The notes beneath the pieces are model-generated. The model saw only the letters and a list, made by a program, of their open reading frames with translations. It did not search any database and had not been told where the DNA came from. This document shows, in pieces, positions 25,605 through 33,304 of a stretch of DNA of 45,298 nt. The stretch comes from Vicinamibacteria bacterium (GTDB lineage: Bacteria; Acidobacteriota; Vicinamibacteria; Fen-336; JAGNNV01), in NCBI GenBank assembly GCA_016650185.1, contig JAENWE010000055.1, positions 1 to 45,298 on the forward strand, read 5' to 3'. The translations under genes were made by a program, and so were the position numbers. The first letter of the stretch is position 1; the number at the start of each line of letters is the position of its first letter.

Positions 25605-27475
25605 TCAAGGGTCTTGAGAAGCGTGGGCAGCTTACGAGAACCATCATCGCCCTTGTTTCCACCGGCCCTGCGCCGCGTCCTCAAAGGGCCGCGCCCCCGC
25701 GCCCGGATCTGCTCTTCGAGGATTGGTTACGCGGGCTGGCCCTGATCCAAACTCCGGGGATGAATCAGCCCGGCCAGAGCGCGGCCACCCTGGCCCTCCT
25801 CACGGACGTGGCGCCCACCCTCGCTTCACTCGCCGGAGCGTCGTCAGGCCTGGATGGAAAACAGGCTGGCCTCGACCTCAGCCCGGCGGTTCGTGACCCG
25901 AAGCACGTCGTACGAAAGGCGCTGCTGGCCAGCGCGACCCGCATGCCGCCGCGGATCGGCCGCAGCGTGAGGTCCAACCGATTTCGGTTCACGCAGTGGC
26001 CGGACGGAAGCGAGGAACTCTTCGATGAGCAGGCCGACCCGCACGAGTGGACCAATCTCGCGAGCGCTCCGGCGATGCAGGCGCAGAAACGCGAACTTGC
26101 GCAACGCCTCGAACGCAAGACCTCCTTAGCCCCCGCCGCTCCCGCACGTCCGACCTCGGGGCGACGGCTGAATGTCGTGATGATCATCGCCGACGACCTC
26201 ACCGCGCAGTACCCTCAGCTCGGAGACGTGAAGACGCCCAACCTGGATCGCTTGCGGGCACGCGGCCGGTCCTACGAGAAGGCCTATGCGCCGGCTCCTT
26301 TCTGCACTCCTTCCCGGGCGGCTTTCCTCTCGGGGCTCTCCCCCGCCCGCCTGCAGCTGCAGCACGAGGATCCGTTCAAGGAGATCTTCACACCGCGCGT
26401 AAGGCTTATGCAGGAGCAGTTTCAAGACGACGGCTATTTCACGGCCTCGGTGGGCAAGGTCTGGGATAGCCAGCCGGGTGAGACACGCGGCTGGGACCTC
26501 AACGAGTGGGCCCCTCCGCTGCCTGCGGGCAAGGTCGAATCCCCGGCGCGGCTCATGAAGAACATGCCGGTCGAAGGCGGCCCAACCACGAACGAGGACG
26601 ACGTCGAGGGAGACGGGAGGCGGGCCCGGTTCGCGGTGAAGGTCCTGGAGGAGAAGCGAGAGAAACCGCTATTCCTGGCCCTCGGCCTGGTGCGACCGCA
26701 TGTGGCCTGGATCGCGCCGCAAAAATACTTCGACCTGTACCCGCCTGACCGAATCAAGTTCTCGCCCGCGCCGGCGAACGATCTGGACGACATTCCCGCC
26801 ATCGCGGTCAAGAACCAGGCGCAGGCGCTGCCAAGGTTGATGCTCGCGGGACGTGAGCCCGGGGGACTGTCGAACGATCCGGAGGAAGCGAGGCGCGGCC
26901 TTTCCGCCTACTTCGCCTGCGTCACGTTCATGGATGCTCAACTCGGGGTCGTCCTGGACGCGCTCGATCGCGGCGATCGCTGGAAGGACACCATCGTGGT
27001 CTTCTTCGGCGACAACGGCCACCACCTCGGGGACCATGGCGGTCTGTGGCGCAAGAACACGCTCTTCGAGGAATCCCTGCGCGTACCGATGGTGGTGGCG
27101 ATGCCGGACCTGCCTCAGCCCGGCGTGGCCACGAACGCTCTCGCCGACCTGATCGACATCTATCCGACCCTCGTTGATCTGACCGGCATCGCCCGGCCCG
27201 GGAACCTCGATGGAGTCTCGCTGAAGCCCACCCTCCTGAACCCGAAAGCGTCGGTGCAGGACACGTTGATTCAGTACCGTCCCATCGAACCCGCCAGAGT
27301 GGGCTACTCACTTCGGACCACCGACTATCGCTACACCCTGTGGCCCGATGGCTCCGAGGAGTTGTACGACCTTCGCGTCGATCCCGCCGGTTTTCGGGAT
27401 GTTTCGAAGCAGGACGGCCGTCGTGAGACGCTGGCTTCGCTGCGGAAGAGCATCGAGTCGATGGTCCACGACTGA
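25397..27475 (+). CDS. sulfatase: C-half of a degenerate sulfatase domain followed by a complete, catalytically intact sulfatase domain
   Basis: The second domain has NVVMIIADDL, the FGly motif FCTPSRAAFLSGL, and FFGDNGHHLGDHG. Both halves end with the same module (RFTQWPDGSEELFDEQADPHEW and RYTLWPDGSEELYDLRVDP). The listed TTG start is probably artificial, since the frame is protein-like upstream to ~25300. Confidence 0.85.
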   Translation: MREVPAEAPTPEIEAPPLEVPAIAIADRAPLDPAGFLVTPPPREPADRNGLAARRAAAFRLLDQQIDDLIKGLEKRGQLTRTIIALVSTGPAPRPQRAAPPRPDLLFEDWLRGLALIQTPGMNQPGQSAATLALLTDVAPTLASLAGASSGLDGKQAGLDLSPAVRDPKHVVRKALLASATRMPPRIGRSVRSNRFRFTQWPDGSEELFDEQADPHEWTNLASAPAMQAQKRELAQRLERKTSLAPAAPARPTSGRRLNVVMIIADDLTAQYPQLGDVKTPNLDRLRARGRSYEKAYAPAPFCTPSRAAFLSGLSPARLQLQHEDPFKEIFTPRVRLMQEQFQDDGYFTASVGKVWDSQPGETRGWDLNEWAPPLPAGKVESPARLMKNMPVEGGPTTNEDDVEGDGRRARFAVKVLEEKREKPLFLALGLVRPHVAWIAPQKYFDLYPPDRIKFSPAPANDLDDIPAIAVKNQAQALPRLMLAGREPGGLSNDPEEARRGLSAYFACVTFMDAQLGVVLDALDRGDRWKDTIVVFFGDNGHHLGDHGGLWRKNTLFEESLRVPMVVAMPDLPQPGVATNALADLIDIYPTLVDLTGIARPGNLDGVSLKPTLLNPKASVQDTLIQYRPIEPARVGYSLRTTDYRYTLWPDGSEELYDLRVDPAGFRDVSKQDGRRETLASLRKSIESMVHD

Positions 27476-27488
27476 AAGACCGCGGCGG

Positions 27489-27764
27489 TCAGCGAATTTC
27501 GAAACCCTGGAAGCCCCTGGGCTTGATCAACGTCACCGAGGCATCGTCGACCCGCCCGAACGAAGGACCGCGACGCAAGTCCGCTTCGAAAGTGCTCAGA
27601 GCGTCCTGGGCGCCCTCAGCGTGCACTTCGACCGAGCCGTCAGGCAGGTTCCGCACGAAGCCCGAAACCCCGTGAACTTCGGCGCGCTGTCGGGCGAAGT
27701 AGCGGAACCCCACGCCCTGGACCTGTCCGCGGACCACCGCTTGAAATGAAACGATCTCAGCCAT
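27489..27764 (-). CDS. acyP: acylphosphatase
   Basis: 91 aa. VRGQVQGVGFRYFA...GFVRNLPDGSVEVHAEG is the acylphosphatase signature. Confidence 0.92.
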   Translation of the reverse strand: MAEIVSFQAVVRGQVQGVGFRYFARQRAEVHGVSGFVRNLPDGSVEVHAEGAQDALSTFEADLRRGPSFGRVDDASVTLIKPRGFQGFEIR

Positions 27765-27836
27765 CTCGGAGGACCTGATTCTAAGAGCATCGAGGCGCTC
27801 TGATGTAGACTCCTCCTCCGTGTTCGTTTGATCGAT

Positions 27837-27914
27837 CGGGGCGTGGCTCAGCCTGGCTAGAGCGCCTGGTTCGGGACCAGGAGGTCGGAGGTTCGAATCC
27901 TCCCGCCCCGACCA
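27837..27914 (+). tRNA. tRNA-Pro (anticodon CGG), CCA encoded
   Basis: Hand fold: CGGGGCG TG GCTC AGCCTGGCTA GAGC G CCTGG TTCGGGA CCAGG AGGTC GGAGG TTCGAAT CCTCC CGCCCCG A CCA. All stems are Watson-Crick. 78 nt. Confidence 0.92.
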
Positions 27915-28447
27915 TCTCCCAGCTGGGGGGCCGCATCAGCCGACGGACTTCAGTGCTTGGCCCCCCAGACCCCCGTTCGCTGCGGCGGGAGTGAATCCCG
28001 CCTTCGCTCAGGTGGCCCGGACCGATAGTGGACTTCGAGTTGATCTTCCATCACCGACCTGCCGAGGGAATAGGCTGGGGCGGCAATGCCCCGGGGGGAA
28101 GCGGCAGGTTGAAACGCGGTTCAGGCACTGGCGGCTCCTTTGGAAAGAGGCGGACGGCTCGCGCCCTCCCTCCCCACCAGAGGCCCGCGGGAAGGGGGGG
28201 TCCCTGTGAAGACCGCCGCGAGCGCCGCCAAGCATGTGCCATTGCGATGAGAGCCCCAGCGGTTCTTGAAAAGACGACCCACAGGAGTCGTTTGTCAAGC
28301 GCGACAGCCAGACCCGCGGAATGTCGCCGAGACAGTGGCGGACCGACTGCCCAGCCACGCTTGCACTTCCCGCGCAGACCACCACGCGGCCAACGCTAGC
28401 CCCACGTAGACCTCCAGCCGTCCACGCCCTGATCCCAACAGTGGCCG

Positions 28448-28479
28448 CCCACTCTAGACGGCGGGAGAGAGTGGGTTTT
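28448..28479 (+). terminator. intrinsic-terminator-like hairpin on the + strand (8-bp stem, 12-nt loop, TTTT)
   Basis: CCCACTCT (28448-28455) pairs with AGAGTGGG (28468-28475) and is followed by TTTT (28476-28479). No + strand CDS lies upstream of it, only the tRNA-Pro and the gene-free stretch. Confidence 0.35.
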
Positions 28480-28535
28480 GGCACGCTCGCGCCACGGCGA
28501 GCGTCGCTCACGACTCTTGAAGCTGCGCTCAACCT

Positions 28536-30398
28536 CTAATGCGTGCCCGTACGCCGAGCCGAGTCGAACACTCGTTCCAAGGTCCCTTTCCAGCTCGTAG
28601 GTGTATCAGCTCCCTCGACGCCGACGAGGCTGAGCATTTCGCCGCCCTCCACGCAGTGCCGCACCCGGACGTGCACGTCGTTGATGACCCATGACGAAAC
28701 CGCGACAGTGCGTGTCCCTGTTCGCAATTCTTCGACCTTCTCGAGCTTGGCCTGGACGCCGGGAGTCACCGTGGCCTCGAGCATGGCCTTGAGGCGCGCG
28801 AGGAACTCGGGGCCCTGGGTCGGTCCTGTCCAAGGCTCGACGCCGATGGTGAACGACGCGGGATCGTAGCGCCGGTCGCCAAACACATAGTTCCATTCGC
28901 CCGCACCGCCTGCCTCTCCGGGGGTCATCGCCAGGGTCTCGGGCACGTCGATCTGCCAGGAGGTGGGCGCGAGCGCCACGGTCCGCCAACCCGGGCCGTC
29001 ACGCAGTCCCCAGGGCCGGCCCGTCACGATGGCAAGGGCGAGGCAGAGAGGAACGCCAACGGCCGCGACGGTGGCGGCGATCTTGACGGTCCGGTCCTTC
29101 GCCGACGGCGGCCGTCCCTCCTCGCGCTCCTTCCCCACCAGCCTGCCTGAGAGAAGGGTCCATCCGAGAACCGCCCCGACCAGCCCGCCCCCCAGGTGCG
29201 CCGCCATGTCAACACCGGGCAGAAGGGAGACTCCGAGGTTCAGCAGGAGCGTGGTCCTGAGGGCCTTGTTCAAGCCGGCCAGAACGTCGTCTGGGAGGAG
29301 GCCATGGCCCTGCCGGGCCAAAGTCCAGGTGGCGGTCATGAGGCCCCAGTTGGCGCCGGAGAAGCCTACCGACATGCCATGCGGGTGGCCGAAGGTGCTG
29401 GCGACCGTCCCGCCCAAGGCGGACGCCACCAACACGATCAGGAGCCGCGCCGGACCCACGAGTCTTTCAAGCAACACTCCAAAGGCCAGGATGCTCACGT
29501 TCCCGGCCAGGTGGGTGAAGGAGCCGTGGAGGAGAGGGGCCGAGAGAAGGCGCCAGGGCTGGGTGGGGACCATCTCGGAAATCAGGGCGCCCATTCGGGG
29601 CAGGGCCAGGCCTGGATCACCGAGGCCCCACCACAACTGCGCCACGAAGACCAGGGCCAGAAACGCCATGACCGCCAAAGAGACGGCTGCAGAGCTCTTG
29701 CGGAACCTGGTCAAAGCCCGGTCCTCCTCTGGGTCGGGTGGCCGCTCGAGAATCTGTCGCTGACTCTCTGTCAGTGCTGCCAGTTCACCCTTCCGAGCCT
29801 GCTGAGCCACTCGTTTCAGGGCACCGTTTTCCTGCGGAAGCGTCGCCACGAGCGAGAGCGCAGGCCGGTCCAGCCAGACGGATCCGTCGCATCCGAGTTG
29901 CATGACGGTCACCCGCGAGGAAGAAACAGCCCTGCGGGTTGCCTGGATCTTCTCCCTCGCCTTCTCATCTCCTCCAACAACGATGAACGTGGATGGCGCC
30001 GACGCCTCGCGCCGAAACTGCGCAAGCCGTTCACCCAGAGCCGCTAGAGCGCCCGGCTCATCCTGGTCGAAGAGCCAGAGACTGACCTCCCGTCGTGTCT
30101 CCGGCAGCACCACCCGGGTTTCACATAGATCGCTTTTTGCAATTCGAGCCCCCGTCCGGATCTCGACGCCCGCGCAGAGAAGTTCCTTCAGCAGTGCGTC
30201 GCGCAGACGCTGTGGCGAGGCGAGGGCCGCGGGCGGAGGACGACGCGACCTCCACCAGCGGGCGGCGGCGCGGCGGCATCGGTTGAGGACGTAGGCGCCA
30301 AAGGCGCCAATCGCAAGAAACCCGATCGTAATCGCCAAGAGAAACAGCCATCCCTTGACCGGCACGCCGAGGATCTCTCGCTGCAGGACCGCGCTCAT
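28536..30398 (-). CDS. rhomboid family intramembrane serine protease with extra N-terminal TM, ~200-aa cytoplasmic domain and ~150-aa C-terminal extracytoplasmic domain
   Basis: Start set at ATG 30398 (MSAVLQ..., AGGAG 12 nt upstream). The 78 aa upstream in the track ORF are Arg-rich. Rhomboid core motifs: LLHGSFTHLAGN, catalytic GFSGANWG, and AHLGGGLVG. Confidence 0.85.
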   Translation of the reverse strand: MSAVLQREILGVPVKGWLFLLAITIGFLAIGAFGAYVLNRCRRAAARWWRSRRPPPAALASPQRLRDALLKELLCAGVEIRTGARIAKSDLCETRVVLPETRREVSLWLFDQDEPGALAALGERLAQFRREASAPSTFIVVGGDEKAREKIQATRRAVSSSRVTVMQLGCDGSVWLDRPALSLVATLPQENGALKRVAQQARKGELAALTESQRQILERPPDPEEDRALTRFRKSSAAVSLAVMAFLALVFVAQLWWGLGDPGLALPRMGALISEMVPTQPWRLLSAPLLHGSFTHLAGNVSILAFGVLLERLVGPARLLIVLVASALGGTVASTFGHPHGMSVGFSGANWGLMTATWTLARQGHGLLPDDVLAGLNKALRTTLLLNLGVSLLPGVDMAAHLGGGLVGAVLGWTLLSGRLVGKEREEGRPPSAKDRTVKIAATVAAVGVPLCLALAIVTGRPWGLRDGPGWRTVALAPTSWQIDVPETLAMTPGEAGGAGEWNYVFGDRRYDPASFTIGVEPWTGPTQGPEFLARLKAMLEATVTPGVQAKLEKVEELRTGTRTVAVSSWVINDVHVRVRHCVEGGEMLSLVGVEGADTPTSWKGTLERVFDSARRTGTH

Positions 30399-30691
30399 GG
30401 ATGTTCTTTGTCTCCTGCGCCACGCGGGCTGACTGCGTGCCACCGAAGATCCACAGGTGCGCGAGCAGCGGCCGACACTTGTAGGAGCAGTGTACGCCAG
30501 TTTCGGCTGACTGCGGGATCGGCCCCGATGAGTCTGACCAGTGCCATCAAGACTGAGAGGTTTGGGACCGACCTGCGGCGAGCGTGATACCGGGAATCCA
30601 GGCCGAAGGCAGTATCGGCGCCGGTTGGACACGCGCTGGAATCCCTGACGAAACCCGGTTAATCTCGGAACCGAATGCTATTGGCCCAAGT

Positions 30692-32608
30692 ATGACCCAG
30701 CCGCAACGGAATCCCGGTGCCGTCTGCTCCCGGTGCGGAGCCAGGATCAAGGGCGACAGTGCGGCCTGCTTCGAGTGCGGGCATTCCCGGCACGCCGCCA
30801 GTCTGAAGAAGGGGCAATTGATCGACGGTCGCTATGAACTGATAAGCGAACTGGGCCAGGGTGGAATGGGCACGGTCTATAAAGCCTACGACCGCACGCT
30901 CGACGAAAAGGTCGCGCTGAAAGTTCTTTCGGAAACTGCCGGAGATTCGGCGGAGGCCGACCGGAGATTCCGCGCTGAGATCAAGCTCGCGCGCAGGATC
31001 AGGCACGCGAATGTTTGTGGCATTCACGAGTACGGTGAGAGCGATGGCATCAAGTACATCGTGATGGAGCTTGTAGTTGGAGAGGATCTAAAACAGTACT
31101 TGCGCGCCCGGGGGAAATTATCGACCCACGACGCCGTCGGCCTGGTGCGCCAGATCTCTGACGGGCTTCAGTCGATCCACGACGCAGGAGTCATTCATCG
31201 GGACCTCAAGCTTGCCAACGTCATGAGGGACAGCACCGGCCGGTTGCGCCTGATGGATTTCGGACTTGCCAAGGGCATGGGCGATGCGAAGGCCACGGCA
31301 ACCGGGATGATCCTCGGCACGGCCGCGTACATGAGTCCGGAACAGGTGATGGCCGGGACGGTCGACTCCAGAACTGACCTCTATTCCCTGGGAATCATGA
31401 CCTTCGAGTTGCTGACCGGACGCGTCCCCTTCCGGGAAGCAGATCCGATGGTCCTTTTGAGTCGGCAGCTCCACGAAGCGCCGCCGCTCGATGACCCGGA
31501 TATTCCTGCTGCCCTTGTGCCCGTCCTCGCCAAGGCCCTGGCCAAAGCGCCCGAAGAACGCCACGCGAGCGCCGTTGACTTCGCCTCCGAGTTGACCCGG
31601 GCGTCCGGTGCTTCTCTCGGCGCGGCAGGGCCGGGCATGGAGCTGGGGGCTGGCGAAGCAACCACGGCGCTTCCTGCAGCCGCCTCGCGATCCATCAGTC
31701 GGCCCGCACCTTCGACCACCTCGACGGAGGCGAGAGGAAGGGTCGCCCCGCCGGCGCCACGATTTGAGCCCACCCTGGCCTTCGTGCAGCGATCCGGCGT
31801 GTCTCGGCCGCCCGAGGCACTGAGCCGGGGCACGACAGGAGCACCACAAGCGCCTAGATCCCCTGGAGCTGACGGACCGCGCTCCGGCGTGACGTCGGCG
31901 GCGCGGGCGTCCAAAGCCCCGGCGGCGCGCCATCGTTGGGGTCTTGGGATGGGTATTGCCGCAGGGGCGATCATGGCCGTCGGGCTCGGCGTTTGGCTGG
32001 CCTTTCGGGCGGTGGAGATGGCATCCTCGATGACGACATCCGACCGCCCGTCGGTGACCACATCTCCGATCGCAACCAACGCTCAGCACGATCAACCGAT
32101 CGCAACGATGCCCGTGAACCCTGAGCCGTCGATGCCGCCTCCGTCGACTCCACCCCCTCAAACCGCGGCTCCGACCCCGCGGCCACAGAGCAGCGCCACG
32201 AGGCTACTCGACCCTTCTCGAGCCCGGGGCGGCGTGGATTTCTCAGGAAACTGGGTCGGCAAGGCCACGGAGAAGACGCCGGAAGGCGTCGTTACCTTCG
32301 ATGTCGACGCCTTGCTCCGATCGAATGATCCTACCTTCGGCGGCCGGATGAAGGTCGACAGCCCGGCGGGCCCTCTCGACGTTTTGATCAACGGCGAAGG
32401 TGTGGAGGTGACGGTCACGGCGGTCAACGGCAAGCCAACTCTCTGTGTGACGGTGGACCAGTTCAACCTGACGACTCTGGCCACCGGAGCGCGCCAGTCA
32501 CAGACGGGCAATACTTACTACTTTCAGTTTGCTGGTGAGCGACTTTTGGGCTGGGACAAGAGCGGTGCCGTCACCATCGAGCTGAAGCGCCGAAGCCCAA
32601 ATCGCTGA
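30692..32608 (+). CDS. Hanks-type Ser/Thr protein kinase: N-terminal zinc ribbon, kinase domain, Pro-rich linker, one TM, C-terminal ~124-aa unrecognised domain
   Basis: CSRCGARIKGDSAACFECGH; kinase motifs GQGGMGTVY, VALKVL, HRDLKLANVM, DFGLAK, SPEQ; TM GMGIAAGAIMAVGLGVWLAF; C-terminal domain VDFSGNWVGKATEK...ELKRRSPNR. ATG 30692 was chosen over the track's 30584 (uncertain). Confidence 0.88.
   Translation: MTQPQRNPGAVCSRCGARIKGDSAACFECGHSRHAASLKKGQLIDGRYELISELGQGGMGTVYKAYDRTLDEKVALKVLSETAGDSAEADRRFRAEIKLARRIRHANVCGIHEYGESDGIKYIVMELVVGEDLKQYLRARGKLSTHDAVGLVRQISDGLQSIHDAGVIHRDLKLANVMRDSTGRLRLMDFGLAKGMGDAKATATGMILGTAAYMSPEQVMAGTVDSRTDLYSLGIMTFELLTGRVPFREADPMVLLSRQLHEAPPLDDPDIPAALVPVLAKALAKAPEERHASAVDFASELTRASGASLGAAGPGMELGAGEATTALPAAASRSISRPAPSTTSTEARGRVAPPAPRFEPTLAFVQRSGVSRPPEALSRGTTGAPQAPRSPGADGPRSGVTSAARASKAPAARHRWGLGMGIAAGAIMAVGLGVWLAFRAVEMASSMTTSDRPSVTTSPIATNAQHDQPIATMPVNPEPSMPPPSTPPPQTAAPTPRPQSSATRLLDPSRARGGVDFSGNWVGKATEKTPEGVVTFDVDALLRSNDPTFGGRMKVDSPAGPLDVLINGEGVEVTVTAVNGKPTLCVTVDQFNLTTLATGARQSQTGNTYYFQFAGERLLGWDKSGAVTIELKRRSPNR
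32234..32608 (+). repeat. coding copy K of the ~124-aa 'FSGNW' domain (kinase C-terminus); inverted relative to copy R2
   Basis: About two-thirds amino-acid identity to peptidase repeat R2 by hand alignment (~80/124). Includes a 31-nt identical stretch TGGATTTCTCAGGAAACTGGGTCGGCAAGGC. Confidence 0.85.
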
Positions 32609-32929
32609 AGCGGGCCCTGGAATAGTCAGTTCTAATCGAACCCCCTTCGGGCCCAGGAAGCCAACGAGAATGCCCTTGTTGCGGCAGGCCTTGGTAACGT
32701 TGGCGCTGAGGGCAAGAAGCGTCAGTACGCTGGCGCATCGAACGAACATCGCCAGCTCCCAGAGCCATGGCGCCCTGGATCCCAGGGCGTGGGCGGCGAA
32801 ACCGGTAGTAGACGGAGCGCGCCCAATGTGTTCAGGGCGTCGGCAAGTGTCAGCGGAAAAAGGAGAGCGGTTCCGACCGCCGGGAGCGTAGGGGCAACAA
32901 GCGGGCTGTTCGGTCAAGTCCCCGTCGGG

Positions 32930-33304
32930 TCAACGATTTGCGCCTCGGCGCTCGAGCTCGACGGTTACGGTGCCGCTCTCGTCCTGGCCCACAAGGCGCC
33001 CAGCAACGAGCTGGAGGTAGTAGGTGTTGCCCGGCTGCGGCTGACGCTCTCCCGTGGCCAACATCGTCATGATGAGCTGCCTCACGGCCAGACGGAGCGT
33101 TGGCTTGCCGTTAATCGTCGTGACCGTCGTCTCGACGCCGTCGCCGTTGATCAAAACGTCAAGAGGGCCCGTCGGGCCGTTGATCTTCGTCCGGCCGCCG
33201 AACGTGGAACCACTCGATTGGAGCACGGCGTTGACCTCGAAGGAGACGACGCCCTGCGGCGACTTCTCGGTTGCCTTGCCGACCCAGTTTCCTGAGAAAT
33301 CCAA
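32930..33304 (-). repeat. coding copy R2 of the 'FSGNW' domain (peptidase C-terminus); copy R1 lies at ~33347-33712
   Basis: LDFSGNWVGKATEKSPQGVVSFEV...VELERRGANR. Even the antisense ORFs of the two loci in the track are visibly alike (32158..32511 vs 33054..33356). Confidence 0.85.

Noticed and set aside
27837-28179. Genomic island integrated at tRNA-Pro, with CCTCCCTCCCCACCA as an att repeat
   Set aside because: The echo is pyrimidine-rich low-complexity sequence only ~265 bp from the tRNA. There is no integrase or any cargo gene. At most it is a decayed scar, mentioned inside the ncRNA-region finding.
27915-28535. Whether the gene-free stretch is RNase P RNA, tmRNA, SRP RNA or 6S RNA
   Set aside because: I searched both strands by eye. 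I found no RNase P P4 signature (GAGGAAAGTCCGGGC / ACAGAACCCGGCTTA), no tmRNA tRNA-like 3' end (GGTTCGA...CCACCA with a tag ORF), and no SRP domain IV (GGAAGCAGCC-type). 6S cannot be excluded by eye, so the region is kept as an unexplained finding rather than a named RNA.
30399-30632. N-terminal 78-aa extension of the rhomboid ORF. Analogous extensions: 9069-9167 of the SBP, 14957-15130 of fbp, 34586-34705 of the peptidase, 38055-38402 of the GMC oxidoreductase, 6610-6714 of the ABC ATPase
   Set aside because: The extensions are Arg/Ser-rich. They overlap neighbouring genes or divergent promoters. In each case they are followed by an internal start that has an SD and/or a signal peptide, TM segment or 4-nt overlap, which fits the family's usual N-terminus.
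32498-32917. Minus-strand ORF in the kinase/peptidase spacer with an internal signal-peptide-like start (MFVRCASVLTLLALSANV at 32749)
   Set aside because: It would have to run 111 nt antisense into the kinase 3' end to reach its stop. G/C third-position bias decays after ~35 codons, there is no SD, and no family is recognisable. It is probably spurious.
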